IMG/VR virus record: IMGVR_UViG_2595698595_000001
Location: 128,001-192,000 of that record
Strand: one strand, 5' to 3'
DNA from: a virus
Taxonomy: Duplodnaviria > Caudoviricetes
DNA: 64,000 bases
Within the stretch, counting starts at the first letter, position 1; each line of letters begins with the position of its first letter. The notes below the pieces were generated by a model. It was not told the DNA's origin and did not search any database. It worked only from the letters and a program-made list of their open reading frames with translations. Position numbers and translations under genes: made by a program. Shown here piece after piece: positions 1 to 9,822 of this stretch.

Positions 1-903
1 ACCTTTCAGACATTAAGTAATTACGAAGCTTCATTCTTTGAAGATATCGGTTGTGCTATATTCGATGAAGCTCATACAGCTAAAACTCGTTCAATTAAGG
101 AGGAGATCATACCAAAATTACCTTGGGCTAAATGTCGCTCATTTCATGGAATGACAGGTACTGAACCTGATGACGAAATTGGTAAGCTAATTTTAGAATG
201 TTACATAGGCCCTACATTACAGTTTACACCTACTTCAGAACTTGAAGAAGCTGGTTCTATCGTTCCAACTAAAGTTTTAATGGTTGGAATAAAACATACT
301 AGAAAAACTGCTGAATTGTATTATACTTCACCTGAAACATCTGAACCAAATCAAAAGAGAATAGCTTTCGAAAAACAAGTAGTTCTATATAATGAAGAAC
401 GTTTAGCATTTATAGCTGAGATTTTGAACAAACTTCAGAAATCAACTTTAATGCTATTTAATACTGTAGAATATGCTAGATACATGATGGATCATCTAAA
501 TCATAATTCTCATAAAAAGATTCGATTGATATACGGTGCTACACCTGATGCTGAACGTCAAAGAATATTCGAAGAACTTGAGAATCATGATGATATAATT
601 TTGTTAGCAACTTTCGGAACAATGTCAACTGGTATTTCTATTGATAACATTCACAATTTAGCTACAGCTGATGGTGGTAAATCTACGATCATTATAAATC
701 AGTCAATAGGTCGTGGTGTTCGTTTACATAAGGATAAAGAATTCTTACGTTATATAGATTTCTATGACATTATTCCAAAATATGATCCAGATTGGGGTGG
801 TCCAAGAACTAACGTATTTCAAAGACAGTCTGATGCTAGACGTAAGATATATGATAAACGTAAAACTGAACATAAGACTAAGATTGTAGAACTTAAGTCA
901 TAA
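1..903 (+). CDS. uvsW: UvsW-like SF2 DNA helicase (5'-truncated by window)
   Basis: Frame open from base 1 (TFQTLS...IFDEAH). Has MTGT motif III, TGISI motif V and QSIGRGVR motif VI, as in T4 UvsW. Confidence 0.85.
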   Translation, partial: TFQTLSNYEASFFEDIGCAIFDEAHTAKTRSIKEEIIPKLPWAKCRSFHGMTGTEPDDEIGKLILECYIGPTLQFTPTSELEEAGSIVPTKVLMVGIKHTRKTAELYYTSPETSEPNQKRIAFEKQVVLYNEERLAFIAEILNKLQKSTLMLFNTVEYARYMMDHLNHNSHKKIRLIYGATPDAERQRIFEELENHDDIILLATFGTMSTGISIDNIHNLATADGGKSTIIINQSIGRGVRLHKDKEFLRYIDFYDIIPKYDPDWGGPRTNVFQRQSDARRKIYDKRKTEHKTKIVELKS

Positions 904-968
904 ACTTTAGTAATATTTACTTACTCAACACTTTATACATATCATATAACATCATCTATTTATTGACT

Positions 969-1436
969 ATGACCGAACAATTTCCAGAACATATAATTGA
1001 ATCACAAATAAAGATTTCGCACAGTGATTTATCTATTGATATGGATTACGATACTCTAATCGATGAGTATGACAAAACAGAATTTCTTGAATATTTGAAA
1101 GAAGTATTACCAAGATTAATTAATAATCTTCCAGAAAGGAAGGGAAAGGTTCAACCTGAAATTCAGGTATGTTCTAATTTCTTTATTGAATGTAAGAAGA
1201 AATTTCCAGGAATTACGGCGATGATAATATTCGACGAACTTACGGAAGTTTTAGAAATATCACCGGAATTATTACTTGCTAATTTGGCTAAACCTATCAA
1301 AAATCAATTGATAATCGAATTGAAAAGGAAGATAAGTTTAGACAAATATAACAAGAAAGTTCAAAAGGAATTCATAGAAAGAAATGGTGCTATTCAGCCA
1401 ACATTCTCATCTAGATTTCATAATCAAACTTTTTAA
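969..1436 (+). CDS. hypothetical protein
   Basis: ORF (ATG 969 or TTG 963) preceded by TATACATA at 934. Confidence 0.6.
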   Translation: MTEQFPEHIIESQIKISHSDLSIDMDYDTLIDEYDKTEFLEYLKEVLPRLINNLPERKGKVQPEIQVCSNFFIECKKKFPGITAMIIFDELTEVLEISPELLLANLAKPIKNQLIIELKRKISLDKYNKKVQKEFIERNGAIQPTFSSRFHNQTF

Positions 1437-2305
1437 TCTTTACGTGGTAACGGTTTTATAGTAATATGTTCAGGTATTGGATTTTCAACAGTACCGTCAT
1501 AATCTGTTCTAGTTTCGAAAGAATTGTTTTTATCTTTGATGTGATGAGACCATTTAACTTTGTTCTCACCATCTGTGATATCTTCTAAATCTGGGTCAGG
1601 AATTATACCACCGTTACCATTTCCATCATTATCTGGATCACCATCGAGACCGTTACCAAATGAACCTTCTGGAGGCATTCCAACACCTGGATATTTTCTA
1701 AACAGATTATAGCTTGGATATTGTAACTGTAATGATAATTCTGTAGTTATGATTCTATTACGTCTTTCATGATCATAAGACATAGTTAGATTCTTTTCTT
1801 CTCCCATATTGAAGTTGAAAATATAAGCTCCGCTATAAGTCTTACTTAGATATGTAAATTCGTAAACGTTATGTTTAGCTAGAATCATTGTAAGAATCTC
1901 CATATATTTAAGAGCTGATAAAATGTTATCAGTTATTAAATGTAAACCGATATTCATGGTCATTGGAATCCGTTGAACTTTTGTTCTGAATTCTCTTGTA
2001 CCTTCTGACATATTAAGTTTAAACTTAGCTGTTTGATGTGGATTCGTTATTTCATCTCTCTGGAAATCGATATTTTGAATATCTAATTCGATTCTAGGTC
2101 TTTGTTGATATAATGTTTCACGGTCTCTGTTACTATCTTTGAATCCGGAATTTTGATCCATTATGAAAGCTTCATCACCAGTATTCAAAACAAATACTGG
2201 AATCTTAACAGGACCCATCCATAAAGACAAATCGTTAATCATCCCAACTAACGCATTTTCTAAATAATCGTGTGAAAAACTATCTAAAACTTTGGTAATA
2301 TTCAT
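1433..2305 (-). CDS. T4 gp15-like tail terminator / sheath stabiliser
   Basis: QRPRIELDIQNIDFQ and RIPMTMNIGL resemble the gp15 motifs LPRMS..I.YD and PVPY.L.F.L. Only convincing minus-strand gene. Confidence 0.6.
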   Translation of the reverse strand: MNITKVLDSFSHDYLENALVGMINDLSLWMGPVKIPVFVLNTGDEAFIMDQNSGFKDSNRDRETLYQQRPRIELDIQNIDFQRDEITNPHQTAKFKLNMSEGTREFRTKVQRIPMTMNIGLHLITDNILSALKYMEILTMILAKHNVYEFTYLSKTYSGAYIFNFNMGEEKNLTMSYDHERRNRIITTELSLQLQYPSYNLFRKYPGVGMPPEGSFGNGLDGDPDNDGNGNGGIIPDPDLEDITDGENKVKWSHHIKDKNNSFETRTDYDGTVENPIPEHITIKPLPRKD

Positions 2306-2323
2306 ATAACTAATAATTCAAAA

Positions 2324-2875
2324 ATGAAAGAACTTAGAATCAAATTAGATTGGCTAATAAGTCCATTGATATATGTATTTAATGCATTGTTTTTTCCAAT
2401 CCTGATAAAGGAACTTCAGTATAATCTGAGAATCTATAAACAATGTATCGATTTCATAAAACATAAGATTCAAAACGATGAGAACTTTATCAAATTTCTC
2501 GACAATCATGAATTTGAAGAAGCTTGGTTTGGAAGATTATACGCTCAACAAACGATTCCAGAACAATTAGCAAGAAATCTATCAGATGACGATTTACATA
2601 CAGGTGTTCTACAGAATTTGGCTGAGAAACATGAGTTCTTAGTTAATCAAGGATTTCTAGAAATATTGATAATGAAAACAAAAAGAATTGATCGTGAAAA
2701 TTACTTATTGATTTTAGAAATTGCTAACTTCCAAGCAATACTTTCGATAGTTTATCATCTAATATTTTCATTGATTCTTTGGACTTTCATAGGTAGAATC
2801 ATATATGTATTTTATCTTAACGAATTGATATCGATTCTAGAACCAATCAAAAACTTCTTTATACATATCTTTTAA
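2324..2875 (+). CDS. membrane protein
   Basis: Hydrophobic segments at both ends. Confidence 0.6.
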   Translation: MKELRIKLDWLISPLIYVFNALFFPILIKELQYNLRIYKQCIDFIKHKIQNDENFIKFLDNHEFEEAWFGRLYAQQTIPEQLARNLSDDDLHTGVLQNLAEKHEFLVNQGFLEILIMKTKRIDRENYLLILEIANFQAILSIVYHLIFSLILWTFIGRIIYVFYLNELISILEPIKNFFIHIF

Positions 2876-2904
2876 TACTAATATCAAATTACATAAATAA
2901 ACAA

Positions 2905-3540
2905 ATGAACAATCAAAACGTACAGACCGGAAAAATGAAAGCTTTTGAAACTTTAGCTCCACGAACAAAAGAAGAATTACTACAACTTTATAGTAATCAC
3001 ATGGACGCTTTGGAAGCTTTCGATCAAGCTACAAACAATCTTGAAAATCTTCAATTCGATAAGAAAGGTGATTTAAAAGAAGCTTACGATTATATCATGG
3101 GTCCTCTTTTAGATACTGTTGATTTACCTTACGATGTTGCTTATATCGTAGCTAAATTAGACGATAACGCTAAATCTAAATTCATTACAAGAAATGAAAT
3201 GACTTTGATTCAAACTGTTGTTACTAAATCTACCTTTAGAGGTCGTGAAGATGGTAAGAAATTATTCAAAGCTATGACAGCTTTAGGTAAACCAATGCAA
3301 GCTATTACTGAACTTCAAATGGAACAATCTAACATTGCACAAGATCATGTTAAACTTGAATCAGCTTTTAATACTAGAGTTGCACAAGTAAAAGCTAATC
3401 GTGATGAGATCGCTAAAGTTTGGGAAGAGTTGAATCAAGATCACCCAGCTGTTGTAAGATATTACGCTGAACGTGAAGCTGCTTTAGGTAAAACTGAAGA
3501 ACCTGCTAAAGTTAAAACAATTAAGAAAGCTGCAAAATAA
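2905..3540 (+). CDS. helical/coiled-coil protein
   Basis: ORF with high-expression-like codon use, followed by a palindromic terminator. Confidence 0.65.
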   Translation: MNNQNVQTGKMKAFETLAPRTKEELLQLYSNHMDALEAFDQATNNLENLQFDKKGDLKEAYDYIMGPLLDTVDLPYDVAYIVAKLDDNAKSKFITRNEMTLIQTVVTKSTFRGREDGKKLFKAMTALGKPMQAITELQMEQSNIAQDHVKLESAFNTRVAQVKANRDEIAKVWEELNQDHPAVVRYYAEREAALGKTEEPAKVKTIKKAAK

Positions 3541-3566
3541 TTACATTTTGACATATTAAATAAAGG

Positions 3567-3596
3567 AAACGATACTGATAATTATCAGTATCGTTT
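3567..3596 (+). terminator. perfect 30-bp palindrome, intrinsic terminator
   Basis: AAACGATACTGATAA|TTATCAGTATCGTTT followed by Ts. Confidence 0.75.
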
Positions 3597-3605
3597 TTTA
3601 GTTTC

Positions 3606-3634
3606 TGTAACTTTTTATCAATCTTTAGTACAAT
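3606..3634 (+). promoter_or_regulatory. phage early/middle-type promoter variant
   Basis: TGTAAC-N14-TAGTACAAT upstream of the glycosyltransferase cluster. Confidence 0.55.
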
Positions 3635-3656
3635 ATTTCTATAATTCAAAATCAAT

Positions 3657-4832
3657 ATGCGTAAACTATACATACTGAAATTCGATGAATCTTTGGATGA
3701 CGTCTCATGGTATTCTAAAGATTCAGATCATTTAACAGTTTCTGAAGTTAAGAACTTTGTAGAATTTGCTAAAGACGGATTCGAAATAAATCTAATTTCG
3801 TATATATCAGAAACTAGGAAACGTGACAATCTTACATTTCTAAACGTTTTCGATTTCATAGATACCGATATAAAGGAATCAGATGTTGTAATTTTCTGGA
3901 CTGGTTACAATTATTCGACTAGAGTTAAATGTGGTGTTTATGGAACTTTATGGTATACATGTTTCGCTTCACTACATAACAAACCAGTAACCCCTTACGT
4001 TTTATGTACTGATACTAGATGTTTCATGATGAATCCAGAATTCTTCATGGATAACAAAGTTTATAGTTCAGTTATCGGTAATACAATTGACAGTTTAGCT
4101 AAATCTGTTGATAAAGTAAAATTCAAATATCTAACACAGGCTAGAAATACTGAAGAATTTAAGAATCTTGTAAGAGCTAATCGAGACGCTAATCAAAATT
4201 TCTTAGAAACTATACATATTCCAACTCACTTACTTCCATTAGTTTCTCACAGAATGGAAAATATTACATATGAACATGACAATCAATATGTTTATTATGG
4301 TAGCGCTCCAATAGATTTTAGTAAGAAACGTGATTATCGTACTGAGAATATCTTTAATCTTTTCTATGCTAATAACTTTACAAATAAAGCTAAGGGTCGT
4401 TTAATCATAAATACTAAAGCTTGTGAAGTTCCAACTCAAATTACTAGTAATATCAAAGTATCTGATAGAATACCTTATTCAGAAATAAAGAATATGCTTA
4501 ATAAATCATTCGCTTCTGTTATTCTATCTGAAGAAGCTTATCAAAAGTGTGAGTTAATACCTAATCGTTTAATCGAAGGGTTAGCTGCTAAAACGTTATT
4601 ACTAATACATGAACAAGTATTGGGAGGTCTTATGAAAACTATTCATGATATTGGTTTTTCGTTATTACAGGTTATTGATATATCCAATGAAAGAGATTAC
4701 GAAACATCTAAACAGATCGATGAGCTAGCTTCAAATCATGAATTACGTAGAAGTATTATCATCAGTAATCAAAAACTTCTGAAAACTATTTTCAATCCAT
4801 TGAATCTTACAAATACAATAAATCGACTATAA
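3657..4832 (+). CDS. GT-B DNA glycosyltransferase (T4 beta-glucosyltransferase-like), paralog 1
   Basis: LCTDTRC, YLTQA, YYGS, IPYSE and PNRLIEGLAAKTLLLIH resemble BGT motifs (FTDIRL, YGG, TLRVWETMASDAVMLID). Confidence 0.65.
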   Translation: MRKLYILKFDESLDDVSWYSKDSDHLTVSEVKNFVEFAKDGFEINLISYISETRKRDNLTFLNVFDFIDTDIKESDVVIFWTGYNYSTRVKCGVYGTLWYTCFASLHNKPVTPYVLCTDTRCFMMNPEFFMDNKVYSSVIGNTIDSLAKSVDKVKFKYLTQARNTEEFKNLVRANRDANQNFLETIHIPTHLLPLVSHRMENITYEHDNQYVYYGSAPIDFSKKRDYRTENIFNLFYANNFTNKAKGRLIINTKACEVPTQITSNIKVSDRIPYSEIKNMLNKSFASVILSEEAYQKCELIPNRLIEGLAAKTLLLIHEQVLGGLMKTIHDIGFSLLQVIDISNERDYETSKQIDELASNHELRRSIIISNQKLLKTIFNPLNLTNTINRL

Positions 4833-4834
4833 AA

Positions 4835-5992
4835 ATGAATACAACAAAGAGACGACTATTTTTAATCAAATTCAAAGATTCGTTATCACCTGAATGTATC
4901 GATAAAGATACTATCAGATACAAAGAAATCTACAATGTTTTAAGATTCGTACCAACTAATGAATTCGAAATCAATCTAGTAAATTACGATAATCCGAAAG
5001 TTTCTGAAGAAAATAATCAACAGTATTACAAATACATTCATTATGAAGATTTCAAGAATCTGGAATTACTTGAAACGGATTTGTTAATTTTCTGGACTGG
5101 TTATATTTACGTTCCAACAGATGTCGATGTATCTAAAACTGATGCTTCTAATATTCGAGCATTTTATGAATGTTTAGAATCTACAAGAAATAAAGATAAC
5201 AAGCGATATCTGATTTGTACAGATACTAGATGTCCATTGATTAAGCCTGGTTTTTATTCAAGTAATGAAATATTCAAAGAAGAACTTAAGGATATCAATA
5301 TCGATGACATTCATTTGACATACCTAACACAAGCTATCGATCCTGAAGCATTTATCGAAATCGTTAAATCTTCAGAAATTAATAGTGTTCATAAAAATGT
5401 ATCAGCTATTCATATGAAGCTACATTTAGCTCCGTTAGTTTCACATGACATTCCAAAGATTAAGGAAAATCATAATGGTAAGTTTTTCTATTACGCTGGT
5501 GACTTACGTGATATCAGTAAACATAGATACGATAATATCATTAAGTTCTATTCAGTAGATTCTTCAGATTTATCAGTTAAACCATTGATAGCTTCAAACG
5601 TTCATCCAGATATTTACGATAAATTACCAAATGTTGAATTTATCAATAAGATACCATATTCTGAAGTTCCTGTAAGATTAAATGAAATGTTCGCTTCTGT
5701 TTGTTTCTCTGAAGCTGATTACGAAAAATGTAGACTTTTACCAAATCGTATTGCTGAAGGTATTGCTGCAAAAACACTTTTATTGATTCATCATAATATC
5801 GATCCAGAACGTAAGTTGAATTTAGAACCTTTACAGTATTTCGAAACTGTTGAAGACTTTAAGAAATCTTTGAAGTATTATTCAGAAAAACCTCATAGAC
5901 GTATTAACGCTATCAACAATCAACGTTATCAACTTTCGATAGAAGGTGATTTAGATGCTTTTCAGTTTTCAAGGGACTTTAGTACTATTTAA
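4835..5992 (+). CDS. GT-B DNA glycosyltransferase (BGT-like), paralog 2
   Basis: Shares FWTGY, CTDTRC, YLTQA, IPYSE and PNR..EG.AAKTLLLIH with 3657..4832. Confidence 0.65.
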   Translation: MNTTKRRLFLIKFKDSLSPECIDKDTIRYKEIYNVLRFVPTNEFEINLVNYDNPKVSEENNQQYYKYIHYEDFKNLELLETDLLIFWTGYIYVPTDVDVSKTDASNIRAFYECLESTRNKDNKRYLICTDTRCPLIKPGFYSSNEIFKEELKDINIDDIHLTYLTQAIDPEAFIEIVKSSEINSVHKNVSAIHMKLHLAPLVSHDIPKIKENHNGKFFYYAGDLRDISKHRYDNIIKFYSVDSSDLSVKPLIASNVHPDIYDKLPNVEFINKIPYSEVPVRLNEMFASVCFSEADYEKCRLLPNRIAEGIAAKTLLLIHHNIDPERKLNLEPLQYFETVEDFKKSLKYYSEKPHRRINAINNQRYQLSIEGDLDAFQFSRDFSTI

Positions 5993-5995
5993 TAT

Positions 5996-7228
5996 ATGAA
6001 TAAACCATTAATACTTAGAGAACTAATATTCCAACAATATTCTAGTTACGATAAGAACATCCAGATGTACAACATACATCTGGATGGTAACTTAAATGCT
6101 ACATTACATGCAATTTGTAACGATTTCAAAGTTATGACAAATGTAGCATTACATTTGAAACGTAATTTCCATCTAGAATATACAATCACTATTCCAAAGA
6201 ATACAAAACCTAATTCGTTAACATTGATTACTAATTTCGTAGAAGGTTTAGAAAAACTGATATCTAACGAAAACGTTTCATTATCCATCGTATTCAAAAA
6301 TATCAAATATAGAAACTCTGCTAAAGAAAATCGAGATAACGGTGAATGGATATTAGCAGATGGTATTAACGAAATCGATATTAACGAATTCGATTCTATA
6401 TCAACTAATTTCGAAAAATCTTTAGACTTAGTTAGTTCTTTCGAAGCTTTATACAATTGGAAATCTGAAGTATCTGAAGCTTTTAGAATCCTAGACATTA
6501 AGAAACGTAGATTCAGTTCTAGATTAAACGTTTCGTTACATTCTAAGGAAGATGAACGTGAATATCTTAAAGGTCTTGAGAAGAACTGTTCAACACTTTT
6601 CGCATTTTCAGATTCTGTGACATTACATAATCAAGCTCAATTAGATTACATAAAGAATTATTATGTTTCAGATACATATGATAAATTTAGACTTTTGAAT
6701 GGTAAAATAAACAAAGGTTTTAATGCTGAATTTATAGAATATCAAATGTCATTTTACAAATCTGTAAATACGATAAAGAAAAATCAATTGATTCAGTTCT
6801 TCGAAAACTATGATATAGAATACATATTTCCTTTTAGACTAACTGACCCGGATTGGGGATTTCAAAATCTTACTGATGAAGAGAAATCAAAAACTGTAGT
6901 AACTGATCCAACGAATTCGATACTATTAGTAACTGATGAAATACAAAAAGCTTTCATCGAATGTGTCAGAGGTTTGGATAAACGTACATTATTATTTACG
7001 TTATTCGATCTTATCAGAACTAAGAAAATAGATGTAAAGATTCCACTGTTTTCTAATCCTTTGAATATTTTACATCAGACAAGTATCGAAATACTTTATT
7101 TGATATACGATAATATCGATTTCAGATTCGATAAACATGATACTTTCGAAACTGACATTTACGATATGTTCTATGTAACTGGGAATACAACAAATTGGTT
7201 AAACAAAATAACAAAAACAAATGACTAA
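5996..7228 (+). CDS. putative nucleotide/DNA glycosyltransferase, RB69-like arabinosylation-cluster family
   Basis: LDGN, ITIPKN, FPFRLTD and VTDPTNS match, from memory, the gene next to the dCMP-modifying TS homolog in arabinosylating T4-like phages. Overlaps the TS-like gene. Confidence 0.5.
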   Translation: MNKPLILRELIFQQYSSYDKNIQMYNIHLDGNLNATLHAICNDFKVMTNVALHLKRNFHLEYTITIPKNTKPNSLTLITNFVEGLEKLISNENVSLSIVFKNIKYRNSAKENRDNGEWILADGINEIDINEFDSISTNFEKSLDLVSSFEALYNWKSEVSEAFRILDIKKRRFSSRLNVSLHSKEDEREYLKGLEKNCSTLFAFSDSVTLHNQAQLDYIKNYYVSDTYDKFRLLNGKINKGFNAEFIEYQMSFYKSVNTIKKNQLIQFFENYDIEYIFPFRLTDPDWGFQNLTDEEKSKTVVTDPTNSILLVTDEIQKAFIECVRGLDKRTLLFTLFDLIRTKKIDVKIPLFSNPLNILHQTSIEILYLIYDNIDFRFDKHDTFETDIYDMFYVTGNTTNWLNKITKTND

Positions 7229-7928
7229 AATACAAGATAAACAAGAATTCGATAGTTTAGATGAAGCTTATCTAACTTTACTAAAAAGTTTGATCGATTT
7301 AGAACCTAACGAATTAGGTGAACGTGAAATGTTTGGTATCGCTTTCGATATCAAAAATATTGATGAAACTGATCCTAAAACTAATTTCAGTAAAATCAAA
7401 GAACGTAATATCAATTTAGTATTTCAAAATGCTTTCGCTCGTTGGTTAATGTCAGGTTCTAATTCAGCTGATGAGCTTTTACCACTGAATAAACGAACTT
7501 CTCAGTTTAATGAAATCGAAGGTAGAAATCTTCTATATCCACCACGTATTCAGAATCAAATTTATGACATAGTTGATGAATTAACCGAAAATCCTATGTC
7601 AAGACGTGCTACATTATTGATACTTGACGAAAGGGATCAGATAGTTAGAAAAGAAAAACGTGAGAAATCTGATTGTAAGAAAGAATATCCTTGTACAATA
7701 GCATTACATTTCTTTATTCGTAATAACAGATTACATTCAAATGTTATGATGCGTTCTAATAATGCTGTTAAAACTATATGTTTCGATTTTTCTAATTTCG
7801 CTTTCGTACAAAATTGTATAGCTAGAGAATTAGATTTGAAAGCTGGAACTATGCATTATTACATATCAAATGCTCACATTTTACCTGAAGATTATGAACA
7901 TGCTTTAAAAATCTGTGAAGCTAACTAA
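7221..7928 (+). CDS. thymidylate-synthase-fold dCMP-modifying enzyme (gp42-like hydroxymethylase/hydroxylase)
   Basis: SRRA, catalytic PCT, FFIRNNRL, MRSNN, Asp at the cytosine-specificity position (ICFD), and NAHI. Confidence 0.85.
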   Translation: MTKIQDKQEFDSLDEAYLTLLKSLIDLEPNELGEREMFGIAFDIKNIDETDPKTNFSKIKERNINLVFQNAFARWLMSGSNSADELLPLNKRTSQFNEIEGRNLLYPPRIQNQIYDIVDELTENPMSRRATLLILDERDQIVRKEKREKSDCKKEYPCTIALHFFIRNNRLHSNVMMRSNNAVKTICFDFSNFAFVQNCIARELDLKAGTMHYYISNAHILPEDYEHALKICEAN

Positions 7929-7976
7929 GAAACATTCGAATTGAGTTTGGTAATATTATACCAAACTCAATTTAAC

Positions 7977-9134
7977 ATGGCTAGAATAATAAAACTAGCA
8001 ATAATTGGTAACAGTGAGTATAACGATTTCGATCAGTTTACGAATCAGGTTACTGATGTATTGCAAAAATTAAAGAACACTACAGAAGACGTTTTGATCG
8101 AATATCATTACGTATCGATTGGTAGTAAATTAGGTGAATTGTCGAAGAGATTTCTAAATGCTAACCCAAAGCAACTCTATTCATCTCATACTATTCAATA
8201 CAAGAATCTTAATGCTAAACCTTGTACTGTAAGAATAGATAAGAACGGTGATTCTTATAACAGTTTAGCTCCTTTAGCTACACTTATAAATCTAATGAAT
8301 GTAGCAGATTATGTAATAGCTTTCTGGAATGGTACTGAAAAAGATTCTTTCATAAAAAGGGCTTTGACTAAATTCAAATCGAAATATTCTAAGAATTCTG
8401 AATATCGACAAAGATTACGAATAGTAAAATTCGAATCAGCTTGGATGCAAGCAAAAGGTGATTATGTTAAAGACATAGATCAGAATAAGGATTCATTGTT
8501 TTCAAAAGATTCTAAAGAATCGTATGTAACGATTAAAACTAAATTGAATACTATCAATCAGTCAGGATTAACACATGACGAGATAAACAAAAAGTTCAAT
8601 GATGTTGTAAAGAATCTAACAATAACTACTGAATCGCATTTACATGGTCCTAACTTTAAAATGTTACATGGTAATGGATCGTTAGAAGGTAAGCATACTA
8701 TCAGAATAAGTGGAACTCTCAGAAAGACTATGAATATCGAAAATCTTAACGATAATAACATAGCAACTGTAGCCTTTTATCTACCTGTAAATGAATTTGC
8801 AGATTTACTAAAGTTCATAATTTGGTGTCATGAAAACATAAAGATTATGGATGTTTCAGAAACTACAGAACTTCATAATAACGATGCTATAAATCCTCAA
8901 TGGTCTTACATGAATCATAAGGGTGAAAGTGTACATTTCTGTTACTATGAACAGAAACTTCCTGAAGTATCTTTCCAAATGATTAAGATGTATTCGATAG
9001 TTAACAATGTATCATACGAACAATTCGTAAATCTTTCACAATGGGGATTGTTTAACGCTAAAGGTTCTATCGTTTTCAAAGCTAGGAAATACTTGGAATG
9101 TTTACATGATTTGAAACTTATCCAAAAAGATTAG
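7977..9134 (+). CDS. SLOG/YspA (DUF2493)-like domain fused to an unknown domain
   Basis: LAIIGNSEYNDF...ADYVIAFWNG. ATG 7977 preferred because a promoter-like box covers 7928-7956. Confidence 0.55.
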   Translation: MARIIKLAIIGNSEYNDFDQFTNQVTDVLQKLKNTTEDVLIEYHYVSIGSKLGELSKRFLNANPKQLYSSHTIQYKNLNAKPCTVRIDKNGDSYNSLAPLATLINLMNVADYVIAFWNGTEKDSFIKRALTKFKSKYSKNSEYRQRLRIVKFESAWMQAKGDYVKDIDQNKDSLFSKDSKESYVTIKTKLNTINQSGLTHDEINKKFNDVVKNLTITTESHLHGPNFKMLHGNGSLEGKHTIRISGTLRKTMNIENLNDNNIATVAFYLPVNEFADLLKFIIWCHENIKIMDVSETTELHNNDAINPQWSYMNHKGESVHFCYYEQKLPEVSFQMIKMYSIVNNVSYEQFVNLSQWGLFNAKGSIVFKARKYLECLHDLKLIQKD

Positions 9135-9165
9135 TACTTTATATTTAATCAAATACTTATACAAC

Positions 9166-9708
9166 ATGAAACATTTAATGACTATTTTCATGATGTTAAT
9201 AGTTTCATTAACGTCATGTAACAAAGAGGAAATCATAGAACCTGAACCACCAAAGAAAATCAAATACGAATTGTTTCTTTGGTCTCCCGCTAGAATGGAA
9301 ACTTATTTTCTGATACGAGATGATTCAGATAAGCAATATCAAAGTTTCTTAGATTACGCTGATTGGAATATGTTTGCAGGTCCTGAAGATCGTAATAAAT
9401 CTGAAATTACATTTTCAGGTGAAATGTTAGAATCTGAAACTTTAAGATTCCATTTACGTGGATTAGATTACGATTTAATGCCAATGGAATATAATTTCAA
9501 GGATTTCGTTTTAACTATAGACGATGAAATTGTTTATGTCGATAAAGGTATCAGAATACATGAAATTCAAATCATATATGAAGCTAAAACTGGTAAGGTT
9601 ACTGTAAACAAAAATACTAATTACGATAACGAATTACCACGTATTCCAGCTGACAGACTTGATAGCTATTATCGACCTAACTATACTATCAAAAGACCTA
9701 GAAATTAA
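9166..9708 (+). CDS. lipoprotein
   Basis: Signal peptide with lipobox LTSC followed by NKEE. Promoter TGAAAC-N14-TAGTACTTT at 9112. Confidence 0.7.
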   Translation: MKHLMTIFMMLIVSLTSCNKEEIIEPEPPKKIKYELFLWSPARMETYFLIRDDSDKQYQSFLDYADWNMFAGPEDRNKSEITFSGEMLESETLRFHLRGLDYDLMPMEYNFKDFVLTIDDEIVYVDKGIRIHEIQIIYEAKTGKVTVNKNTNYDNELPRIPADRLDSYYRPNYTIKRPRN

Positions 9709-9738
9709 AACTTACCGTTTCGCAATACCCTTCTCAAT

Positions 9739-9766
9739 GAAAACCTGATAGAAATATCAGGTTTTC
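9739..9766 (+). terminator. intrinsic terminator
   Basis: GAAAACCTGATA-GAAA-TATCAGGTTTTC. Confidence 0.75.
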
Positions 9767-9771
9767 TAGTT

Positions 9772-9800
9772 TGAAACTTTGTTCAAATCATTAGTACTAT
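9772..9800 (+). promoter_or_regulatory. phage promoter for rml operon
   Basis: TGAAAC-N14-TAGTACTAT. Confidence 0.65.
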
Positions 9801-9822
9801 TCATTTAAATCAAATAATAATT

